Assembly: GCA_963828525.1 (NCBI GenBank)
Contig: CAWHEP010000010.1
Location: 224,001-288,000, forward strand
Direction of reading: 5' to 3'
From: an uncultured Verrucomicrobiae bacterium
GTDB lineage: Bacteria > Verrucomicrobiota > Verrucomicrobiia > Chthoniobacterales > Chthoniobacteraceae
DNA length: 64,000 nucleotides
Shown: positions 13,125-23,122 of the stretch, in pieces
Layout of the letters: each line of letters starts with the position of its first letter
Position numbering within the stretch: position 1 is the first letter of the stretch
Program-made: the position numbers and the translations under genes
Notes under the pieces: model-generated
What the model was told of the DNA's origin: nothing
What the model saw: only the letters and a program-made list of their open reading frames with translations
The model's database searches: none

Positions 13125-14999
13125 TTAATCTAGTTGCTTTGTTGCTTTGTTCCTGGCGAGCCAGACGCTGAGCAGTGAAATATCAGCGGGTGTTATCCCA
13201 CTTATTCGCCCCGCCTGGCCGAATGTAGTTGGCTGAATCTGGCTAAACTTTTGGCGCGCTTCGAATCTTAGACCGGTCACGGCCGAATAATCCAGCGACG
13301 CGGGCAGCAGTTTGGTCTCCGAAGCCCGGGATCGATCAACGGCGTCATTCTGCCGGCGTATGTATCCGGCATACTTGAGGTCAGTTTCAAAAAGCGACCA
13401 AATGGCATCTGAAAACCGCCCTCTTACTTCGTTGGGCAAGGTCTCATAGGAATTTTCAGACCTCCTCAGCCACTGCGTGAGAGGCACAGAATCGATGCGC
13501 ATTCTCGCAGCTTCGGCTTCCAGTGACTTCAGGGAATTCGCCTTCTCTGTGAAAACTCCATGCCGATAGTCGTCGACCAGCCCAAACCTGCGCCCTGTTG
13601 GCGTCAGACGCTGATCGGCGTTATCCTGCCGCAGCAGGAGTCGATGCTCGGCGCGGCTGGTAAACATTCGGTATGGCTCATCTGTCCCCTTGAGGACGAG
13701 ATCGTCGATCATGACGCCGATGTAGGATTCAGATCGTGATAAAACAATTTGTTCCCGTTGCTGCACCTTTAGGGCGGCATTAGCTCCTGCTATGAGACCC
13801 TGCGCCGCGGCTTCTTCGTATCCCGACGTGCCATTAATCTGGCCGGCAAAGTAGAGGTTCTCAACCCGCTTCGTCTCAAGAGTCGGCAGCAATTGGGTTG
13901 GAGGACAGTAGTCATACTCCACGGCGTAGCCTGGGCGAAGAATCTCGGCGTTCTCCAGTCCGACGATTGTTCGGATGAATTGGTATTGAACGTCATAAGG
14001 CAAACTGGTGGACATCCCGTTCACGTAGATTTCCTCCGTATGGCGTCCCTCCGGCTCCAGGAATATCTGGTGGCTTTCCTTGGCAGCGAACTTGACCACC
14101 TTATCCTCAATAGAAGGACAGTAGCGAGGACCAACACCTTCGATCCTGCCCGAATACATCGCTGATTTGTCGAGATTGTCGCGGATCACCTCGTGCGTGT
14201 TCACATTGGTATGGGTGATCCAGCAAGGGAGTTGTTCCACGTGGAACAACCCGCCGTCAAAGCGGTTGAGCGTGAAAATATCATCCTTAGTCCCATTGAT
14301 CAGCTCCGGGACAAAGCTGAAGAGCGGAGGGACAACGTCGCCCGCCTGCCTTTGACATTTGTCGAAGTTGATCGATGGACCGTTCAGGCGGCATGGCGTC
14401 CCGGTTTTAAACCGCCCGATTTCGAAACCGAGAGATTTCAGCGAACCGCTTAACGAGGACTCGGGATCCCCCATCCTTCCGCCTGGTTTGTTTTGCAGCC
14501 CCACGTGAAGAAGGCCCCTCATAAAGGTTCCTGTCGTTATCACAACCGCTTTGGACGCAAAGAAGATCCCGAAGTCAGTCTCGACTCCCGCAGCTTTACC
14601 CCCCTGCTCCACCAGCCTCACCGCGTTCGCCTGTTTGACGTCCAGACCGCTTTGCCGTTCACAGCATGCCTTTGCCCTGAACTGATAAGCCTTTTTGTCA
14701 CATTGAGAGCGTGGCGCTCGCACGCTGGCGCCTTTGTTGGAATTGAGCATTCGACACTGGATGGCTGTGGCGTCCGTGTTTAGCGCCATAAAGCCCCCGA
14801 GAGCATCGATCTCCCGGACAATGTGACCCTTGGCGAGTCCGCCGATCGCCGGGTTGCAGGACATCTGGCCGATGGTGTCTGCATTTTGGGTGAGCATCAA
14901 AGTCGCGCATCCAAGGCGGGACGCGGACATAGCGGCCTCAATGCCAGCATGACCGCCGCCAACGACGATGACATCATACTGCTTTGGATAGTTAAACAT
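13125..14999 (-). CDS. mnmG: tRNA uridine-5-carboxymethylaminomethyl(34) synthesis enzyme MnmG (GidA)
   Basis: [65 protein letters not shown]; start at MFNYPK. Confidence 0.97.
   Translation of the reverse strand: MFNYPKQYDVIVVGGGHAGIEAAMSASRLGCATLMLTQNADTIGQMSCNPAIGGLAKGHIVREIDALGGFMALNTDATAIQCRMLNSNKGASVRAPRSQCDKKAYQFRAKACCERQSGLDVKQANAVRLVEQGGKAAGVETDFGIFFASKAVVITTGTFMRGLLHVGLQNKPGGRMGDPESSLSGSLKSLGFEIGRFKTGTPCRLNGPSINFDKCQRQAGDVVPPLFSFVPELINGTKDDIFTLNRFDGGLFHVEQLPCWITHTNVNTHEVIRDNLDKSAMYSGRIEGVGPRYCPSIEDKVVKFAAKESHQIFLEPEGRHTEEIYVNGMSTSLPYDVQYQFIRTIVGLENAEILRPGYAVEYDYCPPTQLLPTLETKRVENLYFAGQINGTSGYEEAAAQGLIAGANAALKVQQREQIVLSRSESYIGVMIDDLVLKGTDEPYRMFTSRAEHRLLLRQDNADQRLTPTGRRFGLVDDYRHGVFTEKANSLKSLEAEAARMRIDSVPLTQWLRRSENSYETLPNEVRGRFSDAIWSLFETDLKYAGYIRRQNDAVDRSRASETKLLPASLDYSAVTGLRFEARQKFSQIQPTTFGQAGRISGITPADISLLSVWLARNKATKQLD
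14231..14250. promoter_or_regulatory. parS centromere-like site inside mnmG
   Basis: Perfect 20-bp palindrome GTTGTTCCACGTGGAACAAC; core matches the parS consensus TGTTNCACGTGAAACA; encodes LFHVEQ. Confidence 0.9.
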
Positions 15000-15105
15000 C
15001 GCGCTTCTCGTGGGACAATGGTCAATCTGCACAGTGCCAAGCGGCGCGTCAACGGCCTCAACCGGCGGTGTTGCATCCGGGGCTACATTCATCCAACATA
15101 GCGCG

Positions 15106-15789
15106 GTGCTCCAGCCACAACGAAAATACCCGGGCCGACTCATTGCAGTCGAGGGCCTGGACGGCTCAGGCAAATCAACCCAGTTGTATTTGGTCAAACG
15201 CTGGCTCGAACTCCAGCATTCCAAGGTCTATTTTACGGAATGGAACTCCTCGGTGCTGGTAAAAAAGGCCACGTCGAAGGGCAAGAAACGGCAGCTTCTT
15301 ACGCCAACCAGCTTTTGCCTTATCCATGCCACTGACTTTGCGGATCGGTACGAGAGACAAATCCTGCCGCTGCTACGCGCGGGGTTCATCGTGCTGGCGG
15401 ATCGTTATATTTACACGGCGCTGGCTCGGGACGCGGTGAGGGGACTGGATCGGGATTGGATACAGAAGCTTTATAGTTTCGCCGTTCGTCCGGACATCAC
15501 CTTCTACTTTGAGGTGCCTCTTCAGACATCATTGTCGCGGATTTTAGACGGGCGTCCCTCGCTGAAGTATCATGAGGCCGGACTGGACATGGGATGGTCA
15601 ACAGATCCTTACGAGAGCTTTCGGATATTCCAAGGCAAAGTTCTCAAGGAGTACTCACAGATGAAGGAACGGTTCGCCTTCACGACGATAGACGCGACCA
15701 AACAGATCCACATTCAGCAGGCAACCGTGCGGCAGGTCATCACGGACAAGATCGACCTGGCTTCCTTTCGCCACCCGGCCATCGCATGA
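15106..15789 (+). CDS. tmk: thymidylate kinase-like protein, copy 1 (start uncertain)
   Basis: [16 protein letters not shown]-loop, [22 protein letters not shown]. Confidence 0.8.
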   Translation: MLQPQRKYPGRLIAVEGLDGSGKSTQLYLVKRWLELQHSKVYFTEWNSSVLVKKATSKGKKRQLLTPTSFCLIHATDFADRYERQILPLLRAGFIVLADRYIYTALARDAVRGLDRDWIQKLYSFAVRPDITFYFEVPLQTSLSRILDGRPSLKYHEAGLDMGWSTDPYESFRIFQGKVLKEYSQMKERFAFTTIDATKQIHIQQATVRQVITDKIDLASFRHPAIA

Positions 15790-16508
15790 ACGAGAAACAA
15801 TTTTTCGGGCGACGCCCGCCAGAAGTGCAGGACGCCCAGCTTGCCGGCAAGCTTTTCGTTGTAGAGGGCGCGGACGGCTCCGGCCGCTCCACGCAGATCG
15901 CGATGTTGAGCGAATGGCTGGAAAATAACGGCTTTGCGGTCAAATCGATGGGTCTGCGCCAGTCAAATCTGGTGGCGGAGGATCTGGAAGCGGCAAAGCA
16001 GGGCAACATTCTTACCAGGACAACCCTCAGCCTCTTTTACGCGACCGATTTCTTCGATCAAATGGTTAACGTCATAATACCAGCCTTGCGGGCGGGCTTT
16101 ATGGTAATTGCTGATCGCTATATTTACACCCTTATGGCTCGCGACCTGGTCAGAGGGGCGGATCGGGAATGGGTGCGGAATCTTTATAGTCCGGCGCTTT
16201 TGCCGGATGCCGTTTTCTACTTCAAGGTTGGAGCGCGCCAACTTGTCGAAAGGAATTTCCAGAAGAACGCCACGCTGGATTATTGGGAGTCCGGCATGGA
16301 TATGGGCTTATCGCGGGATATGTTCGACAGCTTCGTGAAGTATCAGAGGAAGTTACAGACGGAGTTCCAGCGGATGCGCGGGGAGTTCGGGTTTGACGAG
16401 GTAAACGCCAACCTGCCAATCGCGCGTGTGCAGCAGGAACTGCGAAAGAAGATCGGGGCGCAACTGCCGATCTGCAGCCAGGCTGAAGATGATACCGAGT
16501 CTCCCTGA
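15786..16508 (+). CDS. thymidylate kinase-like protein, copy 2 (P-loop K->R)
   Basis: LFVVEGADGSGRSTQ, ADRYIYTLMARD, PDAVFY; ATGA overlap with copy 1. Confidence 0.8.
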   Translation: MNEKQFFGRRPPEVQDAQLAGKLFVVEGADGSGRSTQIAMLSEWLENNGFAVKSMGLRQSNLVAEDLEAAKQGNILTRTTLSLFYATDFFDQMVNVIIPALRAGFMVIADRYIYTLMARDLVRGADREWVRNLYSPALLPDAVFYFKVGARQLVERNFQKNATLDYWESGMDMGLSRDMFDSFVKYQRKLQTEFQRMRGEFGFDEVNANLPIARVQQELRKKIGAQLPICSQAEDDTESP

Positions 16509-16522
16509 GGGCAGGGGACCGG

Positions 16523-16884
16523 CTACCGGAAGAATTTCAAAACGCCGCCGGATGATGCAGCTGCCTGGGCGGCATGCTGTTCATCTGAACACGCCGAGTT
16601 CGTGGGCACGCCTGCCGGACGCTTCGCTGCGGGTGGTCAGGCCTTGCTTGACCAGATAAGCTTCGACTTCGTCGCCGCTCACGTCGGCCAAGCATGGCGC
16701 CATTTACTTCGACACAAGGGGACAAGGGCTGGCCGCTTTTCTGCTCCATCTCCCAGCGGAAGGCGGGGTTCTGGATGATATCCTTCTCCTCGTAAGGCAG
16801 GGAGTATTTCGCGAGCACGGCGCGAACACCGGCGCTCCATCCACATTGCGTTTTGAGGTAGGCAGTGATTTTCGGTTTATCCAT
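16523..16884 (-). CDS. monothiol glutaredoxin-like protein (CGWS); two apparent indels
   Basis: MDKPKITAYLKTQCGWS...YEEKDI...SGQPLSPCVEVNG; corrected continuation MLADVSGDEVEAYL. Confidence 0.8.
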
Positions 16885-16910
16885 AATCGTCAGCGAATTA
16901 GCACGAATTC

Positions 16911-16950
16911 CAAAAAGAAAGGCGCGGCTTCCGCAAGGGAAGCCGCGCCT
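16911..16950 (-). terminator. rho-independent terminator of rpsA
   Basis: GGCGCGGCTTCC-gcaag-GGAAGCCGCGCC stem; the A-run on + gives the U-tail on -. Confidence 0.85.
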
Positions 16951-16969
16951 GTCTTGAGTGCGAATTTGC

Positions 16970-18657
16970 TTAAGGCTTCTTCTTGGAATCGCCGGGCCGA
17001 TATTCGTCCTCGGCAACCTGGAAGGCCTGCTCGAGGCCAACCATGTCTTCGCCCGGACGGAGGCTGTCGAACGCCTCGCTCTCCTTGCGGAGCTCTTCTT
17101 CGGAGTAGTTCGCCGCCTTGACTGAGAGGCCGATTCGTCGTTCCGCCTTGTCAACCTTGATCACACGGGCTTCAACTTCCTGGCCGATCTTCAGGACATC
17201 CTTCACCTTGGCCACGTGGTCTTCGCTGAGCTGCGAGATGTGAACGAGTCCGTCGATGTCGTCCTGCAATGAGACGAAATGCTCCGAAGCTGGCGAGCTT
17301 CGTCACTTTGCCCTTCACCAAGATCGCCGATCTTGTAGCGATGATCGATTTCCTTCCACGGATCGCCTTCCAACTGCTTCACGCCGAGACTGATACGTTG
17401 ATTCGTCTTGTCGATGTCGATGACGACCGCTTCGACGTCGTCGCCCTTTTTGAGGATTTCGCTCGGGTGATTTACCTTCCGGGTCCAACTGAGATCGGAC
17501 ACGTGGATCATTCCATCGATGCCCTCTTCGAGTTCTACGAACGCGCCATAGGCGGTCATGTTGCGGACCTTGCCGGTGACGGTCTTGCCGATCATGTACT
17601 TGTGCTCCATCTCGTCCCATGGATTGGGCTCAAGCTGGCGGACGCCCAGGGAGATCTTCTGTTCCTCCTTATTGACGCCGAGGACAACGGCTTCGACTTC
17701 CTGTCCGACGTTAAGAACGTCAGAGGGGCGCGTGATACGCTTCGTCCAAGAGAGTTCCGAAACGTGGATGAGGCCTTCAACGCCTTCCTCGATTTCGACG
17801 AACGCGCCGTAAGGAACAAGGTTTGTAACCTTGCCCTTGACGTGCTGCCCGACAGGGAAACGCTCTTCGATCTTATCCCACGGATTCTTGAGAGTTTGCT
17901 TGAGGCCGAGCGAGACGCGCTCCTTCTCCTTATTGATGTCGAGGACAACAACGTCCATTTCCTGGCCGACTTTCAGTAGTTCGCTTGGGTGGCCGAGCCT
18001 GCCCCAGGTCATGTCTGTGATGTGCAACAAGCCGTCGATGCCTGTGAGATCGATGAAAGCCCCGAAATCGGTGAGGTTTTTGACGGTGCCCTTGACCATG
18101 TCGCCGACCTTTACTTTCTCAAGGAAACGCTGCCGCTTTTCGGCGCGCTCCTGCTCGATCAATTCGCGCCGGCTGAGGACGACATTTTTGCGGTCGTCAT
18201 TGATTTTGACGATCTTGAAATCGTAGGTATTGCCCACGAACTGCTGAAGATCTTTTGGCGGGACAACATCGATCTGCGAGCCAGGGAGAAAGGCCTCGAC
18301 GCCGATATTGACGGTAAGACCGCCTTTAACCACGGCGCGGACTTTGCCTTTGATGAGGCCATCGCCCTCAAATACCTTGATGATCTTGTCCCAATTTTGC
18401 TTATGGGCTGCCTTTTGCTTGGAGAGGACGACCATGCCCTCATCATTTTCGAGGCGCTCGAGGAGAACCTCGACCTCATCGCCGACCTGGAGTTCATCGA
18501 TGTCATCGAACTCCGCGGAAGGGATCACGCCCTCGGATTTGTAACCAATGTCCACGAGGACTTCGCGAGGGCGAAGTTCGAGGATGTGTCCTTTGACGAT
18601 GCTGCCCTCTTTGAAATCGCGAAGGGACTTCGCGATCAACTCTTGCATTTCAATCAT
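16970..18657 (-). CDS. rpsA: 30S ribosomal protein S1; two single-base insertions near 17280 and 17320
   Basis: Six S1 repeats (DIGYKSEG, FLPGSQ, DFGAFID...DGLLHITD, YGAFVEIEEG); ORFs 17203..18657 and 16970..17269 join after indel correction. Confidence 0.97.
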
Positions 18658-18750
18658 AGCCTAATATAAACTCACCACGGTTGCCAGTTACCCGGGCCTG
18701 CCCGGACGAGTCGAAACGACAGAGTCTATAGCGGGAGAGACGGGGAGGGG

Positions 18751-18778
18751 AATGTAGCAGGTATTTTGTGTTTGGCAA
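18751..18778 (-). promoter_or_regulatory. putative sigma70 promoter of rpsA
   Basis: TTGCCA-N16-TACATT with TG extended -10. Confidence 0.5.
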
Positions 18779-18789
18779 GCGGGTGGGGT

Positions 18790-18912
18790 TTACCACGGAT
18801 CACGCTGATTTCCCCGGGTTTTGGGGAGGGGATCTTAACGCGGAGGCGCGGAGAACGCAGAGGCGGAGAAGACGGGGAGGTTTACCCCACGGATTGCTGA
18901 TTGCTCGGATGA
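18790..18912. repeat. modular 8-9-bp-period repeats in reverse orientation
   Basis: ttaccacggatcacgctgatt; ttaacgcggaggcgcggagaacgcagagg; ccacggattgctgattgctcggatga: reverse complements of the modules at 2844-9220. Confidence 0.8.
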
Positions 18913-19047
18913 CTTGGGGGTTGGCGCAGGTTCAAAGCCACCCTTCGGTTGGCTACTGGGGAAATGCTGGCTATTCTGGGCTGTTCAATTCGGGCGCAGC
19001 CGCTAGGGTCCGGCAGACCTCTGGCGAGGAGGGAAGACAAGCCTTGA

Positions 19048-22000
19048 ATGTCCAATCCCTTTTTCGATCATCCGATTCTCAATTCGCCGTACGGTTACCC
19101 GGCGGCATTGGGAACTGGATGAGCATGGCCAGCCAACGCAGCAGATCATCGAGCACCGCCGCCGCGCCGAGTTCATCACGCCGATCCCGAAGCCGAAGAA
19201 GCGCAAAGGCCGCCGCGACAGCAGGAGATCGTGTTCGACGAAGGCAAGGGACTTTCCACGACAGGAGCAGCAGTACGACCCGACCTCGATCATCAACGAG
19301 GTGCGCGGCCATGTGGATCAGTGGCGGGCGTTGCCCAACCCCAGCCAATGGCAGGTGACGCCCGGAAACGGCGCGGCTGCTGCAGCACTGGCGGCATCAC
19401 CAGTTCAGCCGGCGTCCGGCCGTTCTTCTGCCAGGTCGAGGCGGTCGAAACGGCGATCTGGCTGACCGAGGTCGCGCCGCAGATCGACGACGCGGCAAGC
19501 GGCTTCTCGATCATCTCGCCGCCGCCAACAAGGACGCCAACCCCGAGCTGATGCGGCTGGCGCTGAAGCTGGCCACCGGCGCCGGCAAGACACCGTCATG
19601 GCGATGCTGATCGCCTGGCAGACGGTCAACGCCGTGCGCCGACCCGGCAGCAAGCACTTCACCCGCGGCTTCCTCGTCGTCGCGCCGGGCCTACGATCAA
19701 GGATCGCCTGCGCGTTCTCCAGCCGAACGATCCCGACAGCTACTACGCCAGCCGCGAACTCGTCCCGCAGCGACATGCTGGACGATGTCGAACCGTGCCA
19801 AGATCGTCATCACCAACTACCACGCCTTCAAGCTGCGCGAGCGCATCGAACTTTCCGCAGGCGGACGGGCGCTTGCTGCAGGGCCGCGGCGAGCGAACTG
19901 AAAACGCTCGAAACCGAAGGCCAGATGCTCCAGCGGGTGATGCCCGACCTGATGGGCATGAAGAACATCCTCGTGCTCAACGACGAGGCGCACCACTGCT
20001 ACCGCGAGAAGCCCGACGCCGAATGACGACGAGGACCTGAAGGGCGACGAAGAAGAAAGGAGGCGCGAGAAGAACAACGAGGCGGCCCGGCTGTGGATTT
20101 CCGGCCTGGAAGCGGTGAACCGCAAGCTCGGCGTCGCGCGCGTCATCGACCTTTCGGCCACGCCGTTCTTCCTCCGCGGCTCCGGCTACGCCGAGGGCAC
20201 GCTGTTCCCGTGGACGATGAGCGACTTCTCGCTCATGGACGCCATCGAGTGCGGCATCGTCAAGCTGCCGCGCGTGCCGGTCGCCGAAAACATCCCCGGC
20301 AGACGAAATGCCGATGTTCCGCAACCTGTGGGAGAACATCCGCAAGGACATGCCGAAGAAGGGGCGGGGCAAGGCGGCGAAGCTCGACCCGCTCAAGCTT
20401 CCGACCCGGCTGCAGACGGCGCTGCAGGCGCTCTACGGCCACTACGAGAAGACCTTCGAGCTGTGGGAGGAGGCGGGCATTCGCGTGCCGCCCTGCTTCA
20501 TCATCGTCTGCCAGAACACCGCGATCTCCAAGCTGGTCTACGACTACATCTCCGGCTTCCAGCGCAAGAACGAGGACGGCTACGCACCACGCTCGAGAAC
20601 GGCCGCCTCGCGCTGTTCCGCAATTTCGACGAACACGGCAACCCGCTCGCCGCGCCCGAACACGCTGCTGATCGACAGCGAGCAACTCGAAGCCGGCGAT
20701 GCGCTGGACGACGAATTTCCGCGAGATGGCGGCCGATGAGATCGAGCGCTTCCGCCGCGAGATCGTCGAGCGCACCGGCGACCAGCGGCAGGCCGAGAAC
20801 ATCACCGATCAGGAACTGCTCCGCGAGGTGATGAACACCGTCGGCAAGCCCGGCCAGACTCGGCGGCTCCATCCGCTGCGTCGTCTCCGTCTCGATGCTC
20901 ACCGAAGGCTGGGACGCCAATACCGTCACCCACGTCCTCGGCGTCCGCGCCTTCGGCACGCAGCTTCTCTGCGAACAGGTCATCGGCCGCGCCCTGCGCC
21001 GCCAGTCCTACGAGCTGAACGAAGAGGGGCTCTTCAACGTCGAATACGCCGACGTCTTCGGCATTCCCTTCGACTTCACGGCCAAGCCGGTCATCGCTCC
21101 GCCGCAGCCGCCGCGCGAAACGATTCAGGTCAAGGCCGTGCGCCCCGAGCGCGATGCGCTTGGAAATCCGCTTCCCGCGCGTGGAAGGCTATCGCGTCGA
21201 ACTGCCCGAGGAGCGGCTGACCGCCGAGTTCAACGACGACTCGGTCCTGGAGCTCACGCCCGATCTGGTCGGCCCGTCCATCACGCAGAACTCGGGCATC
21301 ATCGGCGAGGGCGTCGACTGAACCTGGAGCACCTGGGCGACATGCGCCCGTCGACGCTGCTGTTCCACGTCACCCAGCGCCTGCTTTACACGAAATGGCG
21401 CGATCCCGGCGAAGAGCCGCAAGCTCCACCTCTTCGGCCAGCTCAAGCGCATCACCAAGCAATGGCTCGACGACGCTGCCTCGTCTGCAAGGGCGGCACC
21501 TATCCCGGCGCTGCTCATGTATCAGGAGCTGGCGGACATGGCCTGCAACCGGATCACCGCCGGCGATCACCCGGCATTCGTCGGCGAGCGCCCGATCAAG
21601 GCGCTGCTCGATCCCTACAACCCGACCGGCTCCACCGCGCACGTCCGCTTCAACACCTCGCAAGACCGACCGCTGGGAAACCAGCTCCAGCCGCTGCCAC
21701 ATCAACTGGGTGATCCTCGACAGCGATTGGGAAGCCGAGTTCTGCCGCGTCGCCGAGTCGCACCCGCAGGTGCGTGCCTACGTCAAGAACCACAACCTCG
21801 GGCTTCGAAGTGCCCTACCGCTACGGCTCCGAGACGCGCAAGTATCTGCCCGACTTCATCGTCCTCGTGGACGACGGCCACGGCGACGACGACCTGCTGC
21901 ATCTCATCGTCGAGATCAAAGGCTATCGGCGCGAGGACGCGAAGGAGAAGAAGTCCACGATGGAGACCTACTGGGTGCCCGGCGTGAACCACCTCGGGAC

Positions 22001-22121
22001 GCACGGCCGCTGGGCCTTCGCCGAGTTCACCGAGGTCTATCAGATCGAGTCCGACTTCAAGGCGAAGGTCGAAAGCGAGTTCGACAAAATGATCGACGCG
22101 GCCGGCCGCAGCGACTACTGA
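19048..22121 (+). CDS. res: type III-like restriction endonuclease Res (BPTD_3080-like); many indels
   Basis: [15 protein letters not shown] start; [51 protein letters not shown]-terminal YLPDFIV...EIKG spread across frames. Confidence 0.9.
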
Positions 22122-22130
22122 AATTTTGCC

Positions 22131-23115
22131 ATGAAGCTGCGCATATCTCACCGACGTCTGACATATCGCCCCTTGACGAAGGCCGGCTCGGGAAACCTGA
22201 CGATCAGCCGGCATCGCTGTGGAGCATTTACCTCTGTCTCAGGGGCGAGTCGCCGGATGCGCGATTCGGCGCATGCATCTAATCGACGCGGCTCTTCATC
22301 ACGCTTCCACCTTGGACTCCTGCAGTTCTGCACATCGGCGCGCTGCCGATCGCAACTCCGCAGGATGCTGGCAAGCGAGCACGTCTAATGAAAGGCTGCG
22401 ACGGAATCGGTGGCACATCTCTGCTCAGCGACTGAGCTCGATGCCACGTTTACCGCTGTTTTATTACTACGGAACCGTCGAGAGCTGGCGATCCTACCCG
22501 TCCTGTCAACCAGATCAGTTCGGCGACACCACGAGCGCGCTTTGCGGAAGAGCTCATCGAACTTCGCCCCATGCGGAAGTCCACACTCTGCCGGCCAAGA
22601 GCCGACGAAGTGAAGAGCGGCTACGGCTCGGATCAACGGCGATCAGCTGCCGACAGAAGCTATCGGCTGCGACCGTGAAAGGAGCGGTCTTATCGAGCAG
22701 CTGCAGCGCGCATCCTGGATGTTGGGCTACGGCTCCTGCCGTGAGCGGCGCAGCCAACTCGCTGCCTCGCCATGCGGACGAGCGAATGCGTCTTGTCGGA
22801 TCCAACTTCGTCATCGCTGCGGCAAAGGGGCTCGATGTTGCCGGCTCTGCGACGTGTCATCCCTCGAATCCGAGCACGCAGGCATGACACGATCATCCTC
22901 GTAACCTGCGAACGAGCGGATCTCGACCGGTATGCCGAGCCGCCAATGGCTTATGACTGCCCGAGCGAAGGCGTTCGGAGTCGCATTGATCCGCAGGCAG
23001 CATGACTGAATCGCCACGGCTCGCGACGCAATATCGACGCCATGACTCCGCCGTTCGCACGACGCCGACTAGCCACTGCAGACATCCGGATGCCATGGAA
23101 GCCCTCCACGGATGA
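22131..23115 (+). other. unresolvable ~1 kb cargo segment between res and mod
   Basis: ATG 10 nt after the res stop, different composition, no continuous recognisable frame. Confidence 0.4.
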
Positions 23116-23122
23116 AACCACC

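Noticed and set aside
11425..15224. N-terminal extensions of glgB (to 11676) and mnmG (to 15224) in the ORF track
   Set aside because: They overlap neighbouring real genes; family-typical starts are at 11424 and 14999
16970..18657. rpsA and other split genes as pseudogenes or programmed frameshifts
   Set aside because: rpsA is normally essential; the indels are single bases without slippery-site context and occur throughout the window, consistent with sequencing error
21361..21370. Second parS (TGTTCCACGT)
   Set aside because: Only a half site, within res coding sequence
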